Positions 60,189-64,000 of a DNA stretch of 64,000 nt are shown here, piece by piece; the stretch's first letter is position 1; each line of letters starts with the position of its first letter. Both the position numbers and the translations under genes were made by a program. Below the pieces are notes generated by a model. It saw nothing but the letters and a program-made list of their open reading frames with translations, had not been told where the DNA came from and searched no databases. The DNA lies in the NCBI RefSeq assembly GCF_046119375.1, contig NW_027362761.1:63488001-63552000 (forward strand). Direction: 5' to 3'. The DNA is from Phyllobates terribilis. Taxonomy: Eukaryota.

Positions 60189-61401
60189 AATCATGACGGG
60201 TCGGGAGGTGAGGCTGACCTGTGCGGCCGTGGGAAAGTTGATGTGAGTTCATGCAGTCAAGCATGAACTCACATGAACCCTCTGAGGGCACCGCGGCTAA
60301 TTCAAATGAACAGCTGATCGGCATCACCTGATACCTCAGCTGTTCATTTGAAATAACCGGCGGGAAAGCGCAGCACAGAACGGGAAAGCCGGCGGTGAAG
60401 TCTTTTCACTGCCGGCTTCCCCGCCCGGGTCCTTCGCTCCTTGGTGCTGCGCTCCCCGCCCGGTCCTAATTTACGATCGGGATGGGAGGTGGCGAGGGGA
60501 GCGGAGGATCGGGGTGGGAGGCTGCGGGGAAGCAGTATGGGGCTGCGTGATTGTTTAAAAGCCGGCGGCTTTTTACCGCGCGCCGGCTTTTAAACAATCA
60601 GGAGAATTCTCCCACGCTGGGATGGCATTCTGATGACAAGCTGGATCGCAGCTGAGCGCTGCCATCCAGCTTGTCATCCTTCAGAGACACTGCAGAGCGC
60701 AGGCATTATGGGAACTTCCGATTCCGGTATTCGATATTATAAAAGTATCGGAATTAAGTATCGGAATTCCGATACAGTGAATATCGGCCGATACCCGATA
60801 TTTCAGTATCGGAATGCTCAACACTAGTTATGACATTGTTTTTACATTTATGGGAAAGTGTTTGTTCTCATACGGTGTAGCCATGTCATGATTTTGCGCC
60901 GGCATTTTTCTGTGATTTTGGAGAATCACAGAATGAATACATAACAAATACTTGTGAATTTGCCCTAAGAGCAACAAAAAGCATTGACAGGTTCGCTTGT
61001 GTAAACTAACTTTCATCTGTAGTAACTGCAGCATGCACAGTATTTATATGTACTATAAACCTAAAGTGCCTGCCATCCATTAGTTGCAGCAGCTCATAAT
61101 AACATTAGTAAACATTAAATTAGAAAACTAAAAGACAGGTATGTTTTTAAAGTGTTAGTATGGCAAAATCCCAGTTCAATAAACAGCATAAAAAAATTAA
61201 AAATGTGCAGTTTTTCCAGCACTCCATCATTACATGTAATTGTGAGTACACGCTTAGGGTGCTTTCACCGTTCGGTGGCCCCATTAGGGCTTATGTCCGA
61301 ACCCCACCAGATTCGGATGTATGAGCCGACGGAGCCATAGACTATAATGGTGCTGACAGAGTTGTGCATGATTTTCGGGTCTATACGCTTACTGGAGGCA
61401 G

Positions 61402-62353
61402 TGTCCTGAACGGGCCGCACTCTGCTGGGCCTGTAGTGCATCTGGGATTAGAAGATCTCAGAGATTAGCTAAGTACAAGTCCTCTTTGAACTCTACAGGG
61501 CCATTCATGAGTTACACAGGTTTATGGCTTCCTGTGGTATGGAAGGGGTTAAGAGTTCCTTGTTGTAACTCTGCTGAGTTTTTCTATTGGCTCTTGTGTC
61601 AGCTGATGCTTGTTGGAACTACGCCCCTTTCATTATTTAAATTTGCTACTGACTTTCTCACATGTCAGCTATAGAATTACTATTCTGTTACCGACTGCTC
61701 TGTAGAAGGTGTTCTTGGAGAAACTGTTGTGCTTCTTTGAAGTTTGTGGATTTCCATTTGTTTGTGTGTTTTACCATGTCGGTCTCATTCCCTGTGTCGT
61801 CTTTCCCGTAGCAGTAAGACTAGTATGTCGCACCATTGCTGGCACCCCTGCATGGTATCCCCTTCTCGCTCCATGTAGGGACGCTGGCTTACTCACCACC
61901 CCAGCCCTCAGCGCGGTCCCCCGATGTGCTCCTGCCTCCGGTCACTTCCTGGTATGCACGCCGCACTGTGTCTCGGCGACGTGCCTAGTGTGCACGCTCC
62001 CCTGTTCTTAAAGAAACTGTTGTCTTTCTTTGAAGTTTGTGGATCTCCATTTGTTTGTGTGTTTTTCCATCTGCCTCATTCCCTGTGTTGTCTTTACCGT
62101 AATAGTAAGACTAGTGTCTTACTCTCCTGCACACTAGCCAGGGCATAGGCACATGATGGCGAAAGGGAAGGAAGAGGGCAGGGGAGGGGTGCTAGACACG
62201 TCTAGGGCGATCGGGAGCGCAGGTTTCAGCATAAGGTGAGTGTTGAGGGGTCACCATCTTCCCCCTCTCCTTATCGCAGGGCTTTCCTTTACCAGCTTCC
62301 TCACCCCCTCCTGCTGTGTTGCACACTGGGCATCGCCCTTCCCTGGCATGACA
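61402..62353. mobile_element. Possible solo LTR inserted in a palindromic MITE
   Basis: TG...CA ends (TGTCCTGA...CATGACA); internal ~100-bp duplication; flanks are inverted MITE arms. TSD not confirmed. Confidence 0.45.
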
Positions 62354-62699
62354 GTCGGACACTCAGAAGTAGTAAACTGCATCTTAGTGTGCACCTCCAT
62401 TAGGCATACATGCTCAAAAACGATGCACGGCAGAGCGCACGTTCATTCTGTCAGCATCATTATAGTCTATGGCCCTGTTGGCACATACGTCCAAATCCTG
62501 TTTTGCGGGGGAGTTAGGACATAAGCCACAACGGTGCCACCGAACTCAGAGACACATCAGTCTAATGTTGAATAATGTCTAATCCATGCAACATTTCGAA
62601 AAAAGGTGTCAACTATTATTATTAGCGAAGTGGGCAATGTGTATTCAATCAAGATAGCAAAGGAAGAAGATCTACATGAACAACTACATTAGACACCAA

Positions 62700-63493
62700 G
62701 TACCTCAAATCTACACTTTAAGAATTGCCACCTGAAAGGTTCAGAGATGGTCTTTCAACAAATCGCCAAGTACCAGTGTCATCTTCAACAGTAAAAAGAG
62801 GACTGCTACATAGTGTCTGAGTTGTCTTAATCAAAGTAAATGTACTCAGGAGGAGAGTTTGATGCCTATAGTGGATGTAATAGTTACAGAGTAAAGGTTG
62901 AAAAAAAAAGACAAAATGTTTATCAAGTTCATCCGAAAGGCATGGCGTATAGGCACTGTCACACTGGAGAATTTTGGGTCCACCATGCTTACATGATACT
63001 AGCTGCGGAGTCTGCACTTAAACATTGAGAGATAGAATATCCAAAAAAAAAAAGCACATTAAAGGTAATGGAGTGGCCTACCCAGTCTGCAGACCTTAAT
63101 CCCATAGAAAACTTATGGAGGGAGTTGAAGCTCTGAGTTGCGAAGTGACAGCCTCAATAGCTGAATGATTTAGAGATGATCTGCGAAGAGGAGTGGACCA
63201 AAATTCCTCCTGACATGTGTGCAACCCTCATCATCAACTACAAAAAACATCTGACTGCTGTGCTTGCCAACAAGGGTTTTGCCACCAAGTATTAAGTGTT
63301 GTTTGCCAGAGGAATCAAATACTTATTTCTCACTGCAAAATGCAAATAAATTTATCTAATTTATACAATGTGATTTTCTTGATTTTTTTGGATATTCTAT
63401 CTCTCAATGTTAAAATTAACCTACCCTTAAAATTATAGACTATTCATGTCTTTGTCAGTAGGCAAAATTACAAAAACAGCAAGGGATCAAATA
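62700..63493 (+). pseudogene. Decayed Tc1 transposase C-terminus
   Basis: [19 protein letters not shown]...NKGFATKY-stop at ~63061-63294. Confidence 0.75.
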
Positions 63494-64000
63494 CCGTATA
63501 TACTAGTGTATAAGCCGAGTAACCTAATTTTACCACAAAAAACTTGGAAAACTTATTGACTAGAGTATAAGCCTAGGGTGGGAAATGCAGCAGCTACTGG
63601 TAAATTTCCCCATCCTGGTAAGTATTGGCCCCTCATCCCCCAATCCTGGTATGTATGGCACCCCTCATCCCCCAATCCTGGTATGTATGGCACCCCTCAA
63701 TCCTGGCATATATGGCACCCCTCATCCCCCAATCCTGGTATGTATGGCATCCCTCATCCCCCAATCCTGGTATGTATGGCATCCCTCATCCCCCAATCCT
63801 GGTATGCGTGGCCTCCTCATCCCCTAATCCTGGTATGCGTGGCCCCCTCATCCCCTAATCCCGGTTTGCGTGGCCTCCTCATCCCCTAATCCTGGTATGC
63901 ATGGCCCCATCACAGCACACACACAAAAAAAAAAAAACTTCTTATACTCACCTTCCTTCCTCAGCGCTGCGTCCTGTCTGCCAGCAGCTCATGTCAGCAT
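63494..64000. mobile_element. Tc2/pogo-like MITE with minisatellite (same family as 21385-22519), runs off the window
   Basis: TA-CCGTATATACTAGTGTATAAGCCG; ATCCTGGTATGTATGGCACCCCTCATCCCCC repeats. Confidence 0.8.

Larger units (their letters stand above)
52948..60826. mobile_element. 7.9-kb non-coding hAT-terminated foldback-like element
   Basis: TAGTGTTGAGC / GCTCAACACTA; perfect 8-bp TSD GTTATGAC; subterminal TATCGG/CCGATA arrays; nested palindromes; no transposase in the sequenced part. Confidence 0.88.

Overview
Eukaryotic, repeat-dense vertebrate DNA. The transposon families point to an anuran (frog) genome, but this is inference. One host gene is recognisable: the last four coding exons of FBXO10 on the minus strand (26696-26971, 20668-20978, 13658-13839, 13171-13348). 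They join in frame through GT-AG sites and end in the CaaX motif CTIL. No upstream exon was found in the remaining ~37 kb. Most of the rest is mobile DNA. There is a full-length but decayed DIRS1 tyrosine-recombinase retrotransposon (gag, RT/RNase H/adenine-methylase-like domain, YR, inverted termini and ICR) nested inside two hAT MITEs. Tc1/mariner elements show four countable catalytic spacings (DD34E, DD35E with an intact ORF, DD37E, DD38E) plus a DD41D-like motif. Also present are a multi-layer SINE/TTAA/hAT/Harbinger nest holding a 3.4-kb two-word TG satellite, remnants of L1, CR1 and piggyBac, and a Penelope-type degenerate hammerhead motif. The most unusual feature is a 7.9-kb non-coding hAT-terminated element (52948-60826, perfect 8-bp TSD) built from nested palindromes, including a ~2.9-kb one, with repeated splice-signal modules. 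There is a 134-N assembly gap at 60055-60188. Coordinates were counted by eye and family names were assigned from motifs and memory, without database searches.
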